From Ministeria vibrans ATCC 50519 (taxonomy: Eukaryota; Protista; Filasterea), in assembly GCA_943704425.1 (NCBI GenBank), contig CALSCP010000038.1:1-51136 (forward strand): a DNA stretch of 51,136 nt, written 5' to 3'. The notes below the pieces were generated by a model. The model was not told the DNA's origin and searched no databases. It was given only the letters and a program-made list of their open reading frames with translations. Position numbers and translations under genes: made by a program. Below are positions 1 through 10,812 of this stretch, in pieces (position 1 is the first letter of the stretch; every line of letters begins with the position of its first letter).

Positions 1-1904
1 ATAGTTGACGGGACACTGTCACTGCCGATTGACAGAGCCGGGTCCCAAGAGTGTGTCTGCTGCCCATTTGCGTCGCCACATTCGTCACCTACTCCTGCTG
101 ACAAAGAAGGCCCCTCATCTTCTTCATCCTCTTCATCTACATCTTCCTCACCATCCTCATCATCTTCATCTTCCTCATCCTCGTGATTGCCACCGGACAA
201 ATCACTGTCGCCACCTAACTCCGCTCGCAGGAGAGACTGCACTCCAGTGTATGCTTCTGCCAAGTTTTGGCACTCTTGAGCACTCAAGCCACCGCCAGCA
301 GGGGGCTCCTCCTTATCATTCTGTTCGTCCGCGTGGCCGGTCGCCGCACCATGTTCACTTTCGTCTTCGGCCTCATCATCGTCCAGCGGCCCTGCATCCA
401 CCACCTGGGCAGCAACCAGGGGTGGTTGAAGCGTGGTCAGCAGCACCACTGAACGTACCACATCATCATGGTGTGCCAAGAGTTGGAGAGAGAGTCGGTC
501 GCGAAGAATCTTAAACGTGCGACACAATCGAATGTACCTCTCCACCTGAACCCTGTCCCGAGACACGAACGCATTATAGTTGGACTCGACGTGAGTGAAC
601 GCAGCTCGCTTTTTAAGACGGTTAGGAACGAGACAACTAACATTGTGGGACCTGAACACCTCCTCGCTCCATCCTTTGTCACACATCAATGCATACCCCG
701 ACAGCTGTTCCAGAACTCCACTCTTTTTAAGGATCGCATCATCAGAAATGCCCCCTGGATAGCACTGTGACACAAACTTGGGCAGTAGGTCCATACCAAC
801 AAGCACAAGCACTTTCACCGTATGGGTGTGCTTGTAGTAGCTGTAAAAAACGCGCTGCAAATGCACATCGGATGGTCGCTGAACGGGCTGCTCAAAACAG
901 TCAATGATCCCAACGCAGCGATGGAGAAGAAACTTTTGGCGCAACGACGCTTTGGGAATTTGAGTCAAGTCTTGAGTGGCCTTCTCCACGAGTTGACGAA
1001 CACGATCTTGCGGGAAGAAAGAGCGCCACAGACCAGCAAACGTAACAATTCCTTCCCATACAGCTTCGCGCGCGACTTTGGTTGAGACACCATAAATAAG
1101 TCCGAGAGCCTCGTACGAGATGGCCAGTTTGAAGCGAACTAATGTCACAGCGAGCTTCTCCTCGAGGCTGAGTTTGCATTTCCGCCCAAATCGAGTTTCA
1201 AAGGGACGGGAGATCGGCTCAAGAATTTTAGCAACCTCCTCAAGTCGCTTTTGCGGGATACCAATGACGGCACGCACCTGCTCCGCATTCGTTTCCGGCT
1301 GAGAGATCAGAGACTCAAAGGAAACCCGACAAATAGGGCGAGATGCCGCCGTGCGCAGCTCGTCTCGCTCCAGCTCAACTTGCGCCAGGGCTTCTCGGAG
1401 CCTTTTGTTCTCTGCCTGCAATTGGCTAATGTGCCTGCTCATAGTTTGCTCTTGGGCCTGTTTCTCCTTCAGCAGCATTGTACGATATTGGTCGCCAGCA
1501 ACTCGTTCGTTTTTCACCTCTTGTAAAAGCTGCTCTTTGGACATGTCTTCAGGGCGCAATTGCGCCAAATCGAGCTCATTCCCGAGAGATCTTCGTCCAG
1601 TAGACCGACGTGGCAGCAGAGGGGCACCGTGGAGCTTCTCTGCGTCACTCAGAAGACGCGCGCGTTCATTTTTCGGTAGGCGACCTTCGCGAGCCATTGC
1701 ACGAGCGCTCGTCCACGCATCCGTCCCATGTTCAATGTCAGATCCATAGTGGACACTGCATATTTTCATATTCCAGCTCGGCTGGAACACTGGGTCGTCA
1801 GGAGGAGGGCGGAGGCCAATGCTTTCCAGTAAAGGTTTTCGAGATTCAATGGGAACGGCCCACCGTCCATTCTCAGAACATCCTGGGATACAGCACCTGG
1901 GCAT
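1..1904 (-). mobile_element. ISL2EU-like (PIF/Harbinger clan) DNA transposase, THAP + coiled coil + HTH + DDE_Tnp_4; 3' end runs off window
   Basis: Manual translation from ATG at 1904 is open to the window edge (~634 codons). N-terminus MPRCCIPGC...KICSVHY is a C2CH THAP-type motif. KLSLEEKLAVTLVRFKLAISYEALGLIYGVS is HTH-like. Core reads VGIIDCFEQPVQRPSD..QRVFYSYYKHTHTVK..FVSQCYPGGISD..LMCDKG..RVQVERYI (D..D..E), followed by an acidic tail. Confidence 0.88.
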
Positions 1905-2201
1905 TGCTTCTTCTCAAGCAACTAACGTTCGTCAATACAAGAAACGAGAAATAAAGGTAAGGGAGTCGGGGTGTCGGGGTGTCCAGGGGTGAAAATTTGA
2001 TTTTATTCAACCGTCGTAGTTTTACACCCCGCCCTCTCCGATAATCCACCATCGATCACCCTAATTTTTACACGAGACTTCACTGCACATAAAAATTATC
2101 CTGTTACGAGAAGATTCGTGCAAAAACCGGACACTTGATGGCAGACCCAGGCTCTGAGTTGGGCAGGGAGTCCATTGAGAAGTAATTGATGAAATAACTG
2201 T

Positions 2202-2628
2202 TAATTGTAGTCCACACGACTATCTGCTAGCAGTAGATGATACACCCAAAAGTGACCGTTCACACTGGCGTATCATTTTCGTTGGCGGCAGGGTCAATTC
2301 GAGCATCTACCAGCAACAGTCGTGTTGATCCGGCAGCCAACGACAATTTTGCCATCCGATTCGCCAGTGCGAGCAATCACTCGGCGGTGGTTGAACTGTT
2401 GCTGGCAGCAGCTGAACCACCGCTGAGTGGCCGTTCCTACTGGCGTATCGAATGGCTTTATTGTCGTCGGCGGCAGGATCGACACGACCATCCGCTAGCA
2501 ACAACTGGAGCACCGCTAAGTGACCGTTCGCACTGGCGTATCGGATGACATGGTTGCTGTTAGCTGCCGGATCAACACGACCGTCCGCTAGCAACAGCTG
2601 AACCACCGCCGAGTGACCGTTCACACTG
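2202..2628 (-). pseudogene. Degenerate ankyrin-repeat array with an internal inverted segment
   Basis: Minus strand gives repeated RVDPAAxxNxxIRYASxNGHxAVVQLLLAD units. One unit (~2318-2405, RVDPAANDNFAIRFASASNHSAVVELLL) lies on the plus strand. There is a deletion or frameshift near 2270. Confidence 0.8.
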
Positions 2629-2638
2629 GTGACCTAGG

Positions 2639-2731
2639 GGGGATGTGTGTGTGCGGGATGTGTGTGCGCGGGATGTGTGTGCGTGGGATGTGTGTGTGCG
2701 CGCGGGATGTGTGTGCGCGGGATGTGTGTGC
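2639..2731. repeat. Minisatellite (GGGATGTGTGTGCGC-like) x~6
   Basis: Directly visible tandem units. Confidence 0.9.
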
Positions 2732-2740
2732 ATGCTTTAT

Positions 2741-3115
2741 CTTGCATGGCTAACGAGTGACCCCTGAGGGGGCCCGCCGTCTGGGAGGGTGTAGAACTGT
2801 TTTACTGTAGGTGTGTCGGGGTTCGACACGTCATCGTGGTGTACGAGGAGAATTTGGTGGATGCGCTGCAAAAGCACGCACTTTTTTTCACTGGTCTCGT
2901 AACCAAGTGACCAGCGTGCGCTCAGCGGATCGACATAAAACAGATGTCTCTGCCGCTTACACGACGCGGTCAGCGTCCCCTCGTCACTTGGTTATCCGCC
3001 TATTTTGGCACACTTTTTTTTCAGGTGGCGTGGGTTTTTAGGGTTTGACTTAGGGGAGATTTCGCCATGCTATTATATTTACACTTGCATGGCTAGCGAG
3101 TGACCCCTGAGGGGG
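2741..3115. repeat. 32-bp direct repeat CTTGCATGGCTA(A/G)CGAGTGACCCCTGAGGGGG at 2741-2772 and 3084-3115
   Basis: Two copies with one mismatch; each is preceded by TAGGGGG..GAT and CATGCT. Confidence 0.85.
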
Positions 3116-3139
3116 GTGTCGAAGTTACTGATGTTACAC

Positions 3140-3650
3140 CTCTCTTTTTCTCGAGTCGACACCGACAGCACACCGTCGTGAACAAGAAAGCACGATGTAT
3201 GAGAAAGATGGAAAATGACCACCGGATGAGCGAGCCACCCTGGCCTCACGCAGGCCACCAGCACTGCCACCGAGGCCGCGCCCTCAAGAACCGTCTCACA
3301 AACTACACTCGTCACCAACTGCAAACGCACACGCACGTGTAGCAGAGATGGTCGTCGAACCTGCCACTGCTCTGGCAAGGCGACGGGAAACACTCGTTGA
3401 CACTAAATGCGTGCCCGTTCAGCCTGCCGCACATATATGTGCACACAATAATCACACAGAGAGATATTTAGTAGGCGCCACTGCCGCTGGCGCTTGGGGC
3501 ACCCTCGTCGTAATTCGCGATGCTCACTTACGTTGGGCAAAGCCACTGAGACAGGTGGCATTGGTGGCATCATATGCACACGTACGTTGCACTGGTGTGT
3601 TCACAAGTAGCGCCCCACGAACAATGGTGCGCGAAGCAGGGGGCGTTGCT
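3140..3650 (-). pseudogene. Decayed EGF-repeat membrane protein remnant
   Basis: Minus-strand fragments PCFAHHCSWGATCEHTSATYVCI*, ICAAG*TGTH and VNECFPSPCQSSGRFDDHLCYTCVC..W..CET. These are followed by a hydrophobic stretch ending CCRCRLEKKR. Stops and frameshifts are present. Confidence 0.6.
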
Positions 3651-3726
3651 TTACTCTTCTTATTCCTCACATCACACATCGGCATGACTGTATGTAGTGT
3701 AAAATGTTCGTTTGAATAATCATGTG

Positions 3727-6212
3727 TCACAACACTAGCGCGCCGTGAGAAGGCCCGCCGACCCTCGCAGCGTATTTCCCAAGGACAGTTCCCGGGGCAC
3801 ACTTGGGCTCGGGCGCAGTCCAGGCGGATCTGCGACGGGCTAGGTCGCTGTCTGCCACGAGCAAATCAATGCGACGGTCCTCAACACAGATGCGAATGTG
3901 GTCTCCCTCGTGCACCAGCGCAATAGGCCCGCCACACGCCGCCTCAGGCTCCACGTGGCCCACCATAATCCCACGACTAGAATCGACATTTCCAAAAGGA
4001 AGAAAGAAACAACAAAGCGTAAAAAGGTGGAAGAAAAATTACACCAGAGAAAATGAGGATGAATAGGGAATGTTCTCGACTCGCACCTTGCCCCAGAAAA
4101 GCGCCCGTCAGTGACGAGTGCCGTTGTCGGACCCAGACCTGCACCCACAAGAGCGCCCCCGGGCGCAAGCATCTCCGGCATGCCTGGTCCGCCGCGAGGC
4201 CCCTCATAGCGAATGACGACGACATCACCCGCGACCACCCGCCCCGCCTGGATCGCATTGAAAGCGTCCATTTCACCCTCAAACACCCGCGCGGGTCCCT
4301 CAAACACATCGTCCGCCCCCACACGCTTTCCAGAGGTCTTTAACACACACCCACCGGGTGCAAGCGAGCCTCGCATCACCACAATGTGTCGCCCAGGCGC
4401 CGCAAGCGGAGCACTCAGCGGCAACACCACGCGCGAATCCACTGCGACCGGTGCAACTTCAGCGAGATTTTCCGCTACTGTCTGCCCAGTGCACGTCATG
4501 CAATTGCCATGCAGCAGCCCTGCGTCCAGGAGGGTACGCATGAGAGCTGGCACTCCTCCGCACCGATGCAAATCACTCATGTGGTACCTAAACGAACATT
4601 GGGGGATGAATTGTGATTGCAGCTGTTCCACACAAAATACGCAACTGGCCAAATGGTTTGAAGTTGCCAATGAGAGGAACTCGAGAGCCAATGCGATCAA
4701 AATCATCAATGGACAGGTCGACGTGCGCCTCGTGAGCAAGCGCAAGCAAGTGCAACACAATGTTGGTACTACATAATTATGAGAGTTGAGAAGGATAACC
4801 TCGAGAGAGTACGACGGCCCACCTTCCGCCGACGGCAAAGCAGGTTGTGATGGCATTCTCAAAGGCATTGCGGGTCATGATGTGGCGGGCGGTGATGCCA
4901 CTGCAGACGAGACGCACAAGGGCATGGACGGACCGTACGCAGTCGGTGCGCTTGGTGTCGTTGAGGGAAGCTGAGTCGGCAGTCATGGCAGTCGTTGACG
5001 CACTCATCGGGACGGCCATGCCCATAGCTTCAATCGCCACTGCCATCGAGTTTGCCGTAAACATTCCACCGCACGCCCCCGAACCAGGCAGCGCAGTACA
5101 CTCTACGCGATGCAACTCCTCAATGTCAATGAGGCCTGCACCAAACGATCCTATTGCCTCATAGACACTGCCCCCGTCCAACTTGCGTCCATCCCCACTG
5201 TGTGTCCCCGCCTGAATGCTACCGCCGTACACTGTGAGTCCCACTGCGTTCGTGCGCGCAATGGGCATGAGCACGCCCGGCTGTGTCTTGTCGCATCCCC
5301 CCAGGGTGATCATGGCGTCCGCTCGGTACCCCTCGTGCATCAGCTCAATGCAGTCCGCAATCAGATCCCGCGAAGGCAACGAGTATCGCATTCCCTCAAT
5401 TCCCATTGTCTAAGAGCAACACAATAAATAATACGGCTTAATCAGTTAACAATGTTTTCTCTCTCTCTCTCTCTCAATAATAGAATAATTATGTGATAGA
5501 GAGAGAAAAAAAAGTGATAGAAAGAGAGAGAGAAAACAAGTGATAGAGAGAGAAAACAAAGTGATAAAGAGAGAAAACAAAGTGATAGAAAGAGAGAGAG
5601 AAAACAAGTGATAGAGAGAGAAAACAAAGTGATAGAAAGAGAGAGAGAAAACAAGTGATAGAGAGAGAAAACAAAGTGATAGAGAGAGAGAAAACAAAGT
5701 GATAAAGAGAGAAAACAAAGTGATAGAAAGAGAGAGAGAAAACAAAAAAACAAAGTTAGAAAGAGAGAGAGAGAGATTATGACAAAAAACAACAGAAGCA
5801 AAAAACACACGTACACACATACATGCACACATACATACACTCCCTTCTCACCTGGCCGTCGGCAATGACCGGACAGCTTGCGACAAACGCCTTTGCGCCA
5901 CACTTTTCGATTTCGGCAACAATGATGTCTGAGAGCTCTCGAAAGTGGTTGTTGCACGGCAAAGCATTGCTAAAACAACGGAGCATAAGATCCAACGGGC
6001 AACGAGAGCGCAAGAGACCTCCAGGGGACCCCGACAGTGATGATCTTCTTAGCAAAGTCGTCGTCTTGGAACCCCGCCGCTCGTAAAAACGCCCTTGCTC
6101 CCGTCCGCTTCACATGCCGGTCTGCCTCGTACTCCGCATCACCCGGGGCCGATCCACCAGTCATCTCTGCGCTGCGACGGGCGTCGCCACTTGGGAATGT
6201 AAGCGAAGACAT
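3727..6212 (-). CDS. ilvD: Dihydroxy-acid dehydratase (IlvD/Ilv3), ~6 exons
   Basis: Motifs [71 protein letters not shown] and VGHVEPEAA in GT-AG-joined exons. Confidence 0.95.
5495..5775. repeat. Intronic minisatellite (~20-bp unit GAGAGAAAACAAAGTGATA) in ilvD intron 2
   Basis: About 11 visible tandem units. Confidence 0.9.
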
Positions 6213-7115
6213 GTCAACTGAAAAAAGTAAACAAACGAAGTGATCACTCAACTGAATTGAGCGATAGCGAAATTTCAACTCATACACTACTCAAATTACT
6301 ACCAGTTGATTGTAGATGACAACGGGGGACAATACAACTATTTATTACAACAGGACGCGTGCTGTGTGGCAATGGGCCGGGTCTTCCTGCGAGAACCGAC
6401 TCAGATCTATTTACAGTGCAAGCTCGGCGTGTGTACGGGCCAGGCGGTGAGGAGAATTGCCATAGATTTTGGCCGGGGACCGCTCGGGTTGCTAAGTAGC
6501 ACGTCATGTGCGTACGAGGGGCTAAACGTAACACAAAGCGAAAAAATGTAGGAGACTTTGCATAAGGTCCAAGATCTGCTGGTGGGCGTAGAGGGTGAGC
6601 TCGGTATCGAGCCTGATCGCCAACAGGGCAAGGGCACTCGAGGAGAGAGGGCGGTGCTGCTTTAGCACCTGAGTAAGAAGCACCACTCTCGCGGGGTGTT
6701 CAAAGCGCTGCTAATTATAAGTAGCAAGCACTCGAGCGAGCAGCAGTTGCTCCGAGGACAACAAAGCGATTTTACAGAATTTTACAGTGCTGCTGCTGCT
6801 TCGCTGAAACGCACTCATCAGGGGCATGGCGGGTTGCACCCTTTGCCCGATTCAAAATTTCCGACGGTGCGACGGCCAACACGCGGCCAACACGCTCACT
6901 CGTGCAGTCACAACAAACCGCAGCAACATGGCAGCCGCAGTACCAACTGCAACATCCATCTGTACCGACACCGATCCGACTGACGAAGTAGCCGGCAAGA
7001 CCCGTGCCGAGACACTGCGTGCAACCAAAGGTCAACTACAACCAAAGGTCAACTACGATGGTTGTCGTTTTCGTCGATGAAACACCTTTTTCTCTTATGT
7101 ACAGTCCACGTTTAC

Positions 7116-7969
7116 TCATTTGCGCCGCTTTACATCGATGACAAAGCCCGTCGTGGGCTCCTTCCTCTCCTTCTTCTTCTTCTTCTTCCCCTCCGTCTTC
7201 TCAGCGCCTGTCTCGTTGTCGAGTCCCGCAGCAGTCTCCGTCTCCAACATCTCGTCGTGCTCGTTCACAAGCAGTCGCTTGTTTGCCCGGTGCGCCAGCT
7301 CAACTGCATTCAACACCTTCTTGTCACGAGGTGTTGCCTACACACCACACAATACACACAATCACAACCCCTCCTGCCGCAGTTTATATCTTCTTACATG
7401 TTCGAGTTCGCCCTCGCTCACCCTCCTTGCAATCTCATCCATAATTTCGGTTCTGCGCTCGACGTTCACGGTCGCCGCAGCGCCCTCGCCATCCCCACCC
7501 TCCGCAAACATGGCAATGTACGCCTCGGTCTTGGGATAGTACGCAATGTAGTTGAGTTTGCGCTGCGTTTCGCTTGTGTCCTCTCCTGCCTTGGCCAGCT
7601 TCGCCAGCTCGCGCTCAACCTTACGTCGCTCAAAGAACTTGACCATCTTGTACTTCTTGACCATGCGCCGCTCCTGGTCGCTCACCTGCGTGCGCATACA
7701 AAGGAGGCAAACGGATGAGACGACGACGTTGAGGCAAAACGCACGCGCGTGGAGCAGCCGCAAGGGAACGCAGGCGGCACGCACGGTACCTTCGACTCCT
7801 TGGCCTGCAGCTGAAGGCTCTGCAAGACGCGCTCTTGCGCCTGTCTCACGTCCATGGCCAGTGTGTCTTTCTGCAGCAGTCGAGTCACATCGCGAATCTT
7901 TTGCTTCAATCCGCTCTTTCGATTTTTTGTCTTGGTCACACGACCATCGCCCTGTTGTTTCGGCGGCAT
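7116..7969 (-). CDS. EFG1: rRNA-processing protein Efg1, spliced
   Basis: KQKIRDVTRLL, KKYKMVKFFERRKVER and LNYIAYYPKTEAYIAMF match remembered Efg1 motifs; Lys-rich C-terminus. Confidence 0.8.
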
Positions 7970-8308
7970 TACGGCAACTAAAGTTAGGAAAAATACAGTG
8001 ACCTCGTTAGTGACTAGTGAGTCGTTAGTCAAGTCTCGATCAGTTTATTCAGTCAGATCACTCAAAAAAGTAGCACATCTTCATCACACTCAACAGCAAG
8101 TCGCACTTCACTTACGTCTTGCATGCGACAGCTCTGTACTTACTAATCTTATTTACTTTTACTTTGCGTGTTCAACTAGTTTGTCTATTTGTTTGGCAAT
8201 TGGTCGATCGCAGGGTTGAATATTTGAATTTTCAAAATATTTCTTTATTCATTAATCATTTTATTTTCACCTTTCTTTGATTCAACTACCCCTCCCCCCA
8301 AAAAAACC

Positions 8309-9815
8309 ATGGGCAAAGGATCTGTTGACGGCTGCGGCGCATCGTGCCTGCGTTACATTACATTTATCTTCAATTTCTGCATTTTCGTACGAACCTCACC
8401 CGAAAAAAAAAACCCTTCCACACGCTCCACGTGATGGCGTTTTGGCACTGCTTTTGCACTGTACACCCTCCACACCGCTGTGCTGTGGCGTTTGTCGTCC
8501 AACGCGCAGCGTGCGAGCCCTCTAAACGGTTGCATGCTGTTGGGGAAAGTCCCTTCGAACATTCCCGAAAACACCCGTCCTCCCGCTTTCGACTCTCACA
8601 CTCCCACGCAACCTGCAAAATGGCCGAACACGCGCTCGGTGCCTATGGCTACTCCATGCGTGGTCGTTGTGACTTGCAGCGGCATCTCTCTTGCGTCATG
8701 TTGTCGATACTTTTTTTTCTACATTTTCTTTCGCAAGTCGTCCCGAAACTAACAACAAAACTAACAACAACGCGTCTCTCGTCCACAGGTGATTGGTGCC
8801 GGACTCATCGGAGTGGGCATCTGGGCTCTGCTGAAGCTCAACCAATACAGTGGGCTGACCGACGGCAACATCAATGTTGTGGGTACGAAGACAATCCGTT
8901 TCTTTCTCTTGCCATATGATTCTCACGCACTCATCCTTTGGCTTTTTTTGTACTTTTCCCTCCCTCAGGCGGCGTTTGCATTGGTCTTGGTGTGTTTGTC
9001 TTCCTTGTGGGATTCCTCGGTTGCTGCGGTGCACTCAAAGAGAGCACGGTAAGTTTTGACCTGTCCTGTGGTTTGTGGTGTGTCTCTGCTTTGTGGTGTG
9101 TTTTTGTGGTGTGTGTCTTTGTGGTGTGTTTTTGTGGTGTGTTAGGGTGTGTCTTTGTGGTGTGTCTTTGTGTGGTGTGTCTGGTGTGTCTTTGTGGTGT
9201 CTGGCATTGTGTGGGCTGACTTATGGTTTCTTCTTTTGCAGTGCATGTTGCGTACTTTTGGCACCATCATTACCATTATTTTCATTATCGAAGTTATCGT
9301 GGCTATTGTCGGCGGCGTGGAGAAGGGAAAGGTAAATATAATAATGATAATAATAATAATAATAATAATAATAACTAATTTTTTTTTTTTAACATCAATA
9401 GATTGACACGCTCATCACAAACCAATGGAACGCAATCTACCCGAAGTGCGCAGGGGACAACTGCCCCAACTCCGACGGGTACCAGGCGGCAGTGGCGGTG
9501 CAACAGGCGTTTCACTGCTGCGGAATCAGCAACTACACGGAGTGGCAGACCAAGGGCCACTTCAACTCGACGACGCCCGTCCCCATGTCGTGCTGCATCA
9601 CCGACACGACAGTTCCCTCGTGCGGCTCGCAGAACTATCCCTCCAACATCTACAACGTCGGGTGTCTGCAGGGCTTCCAGAACTGGATCAAGGACCACCT
9701 CAACATCATCATCGGCGTGCTCGTGGGTCTGGGCCTCATCCAGGTCCTTGCCGTCGTCGTCGCATGCCATCTCGCCAAAAAGATCAACAAGGGCGAGTAC
9801 TACAGTCTCGCGTAG
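8309..9815 (+). CDS. Tetraspanin (CD63-like), 5 exons
   Basis: Exon 1 8309-8386 gives MGKGSVDGCGASCLRYITFIFNFCIF. Then GFLGCCGALKES, large loop FHCCG..PMSCC..GC, TM4, and C-terminal GEYYSLA. Confidence 0.93.
9065..9200. repeat. Intronic (TGTGGTGTGTCTT)-like minisatellite
   Basis: Visible tandem units in tetraspanin intron 3. Confidence 0.85.
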
Positions 9816-9922
9816 TCCCTTCCCTCACATATCCTCTTTCTTATTACAACTGTGCTTTTTCTATTAATGACTACTTCTATACGCTTTCCTTTTTTGCATG
9901 TCTGTACAAGTGTTTCGCGAGT

Positions 9923-10664
9923 TTACGTTTCAAGTGACGCCCGTTCTGCCTCCAGTTCTGCTCGTTTTGAGATTTTGCTCTGCTGATCGTCGTTTAGGGT
10001 GATTGTGCCGTCCTCAGAACTATAAAAAGGAAAGAACGTTAGCGACAAGAATGTGCCGGTAGGTTGTTGGTATTTGGTCATTTGCACGTACGCCGCAACC
10101 AACTCATCAATTTGTCGCAGTTTCTTCATGATCGCTTTGAGTCGCTTTGCCGGATCAGCAGGCGAAGCAGCAGGTTCCGAAGAAGCGGCCGTCGCTGAGG
10201 TCGCGGTGGATGCGCTCGCAGCGGGCGTAAGGGAGGCTTTGGCCATGGCAGCCGCAATCTCGTCGGGAGTGCTTGGCGCCTTTTCCTGCCGCTTCTCTTT
10301 TCTCTTGGCGTTCCGCTTGGCAGTCTTGCTCATGGCTTGATCGGCCGTGAGAACCGCCTCCACATCGAGTCCAGGAATCCCAACAGCCTGCAAAGAGCAG
10401 CGTCAAAAAGCAACGAAGAAGACATTTCCAGTTTTTCACCTTTCTCTGGGCCACCTGACGTGCAGCACGGCTTTCGTACACGGGCACAGCATCTTGAGGA
10501 ATGTATCCTTCCTTGACCCGGCGCTCCTTGCGGAAGGTCCCGTCAGGACGGCGACTGGCGGGGATGACTTTCTCTCCGTTAGCGTTGATCTTTGCCAAGA
10601 GGAGACGAATAAATCAACGACGCAAAGATGAAAAACGACTCCTTACAACGTATTGATCAGCCAT
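9923..10664 (-). CDS. PYM1: Partner of Y14 and Mago (PYM/WIBG), spliced
   Basis: Mago-binding motif [24 protein letters not shown]; also [13 protein letters not shown] and [16 protein letters not shown]. Micro exon 1 is MADQYV. Confidence 0.9.
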
Positions 10665-10812
10665 AGAGAGGTAAGAGGAAGCGAGAAAGGCGAAAAGAAG
10701 ACGTACAGAGAAATCAGAATGATCAGATCATCAGAATCACAGAATGATCAGAAAAATAAATATTATTAATAAATTTATGTAATTTCCAATTTTCCATTGA
10801 TATTTGATTCTG

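Noticed and set aside
5-1954. Plus-strand ORFs including the His-rich 5..514
   Set aside because: Antisense shadows of the minus-strand transposase and its acidic tail.
3100-3342. RLTNYTRHQLQ resembling a homeodomain start
   Set aside because: No helix-3 WFxN motif; antisense to the EGF remnant.
5442-5957. Hydrophobic F/L/S-rich ORFs resembling membrane proteins
   Set aside because: Translation of an intronic minisatellite.
6300-7080. Coding-like stretch between ilvD and EFG1 with a 17-bp tandem duplication near 7022-7055
   Set aside because: In-frame stops and no recognisable motif; may be a decayed gene but cannot be supported.
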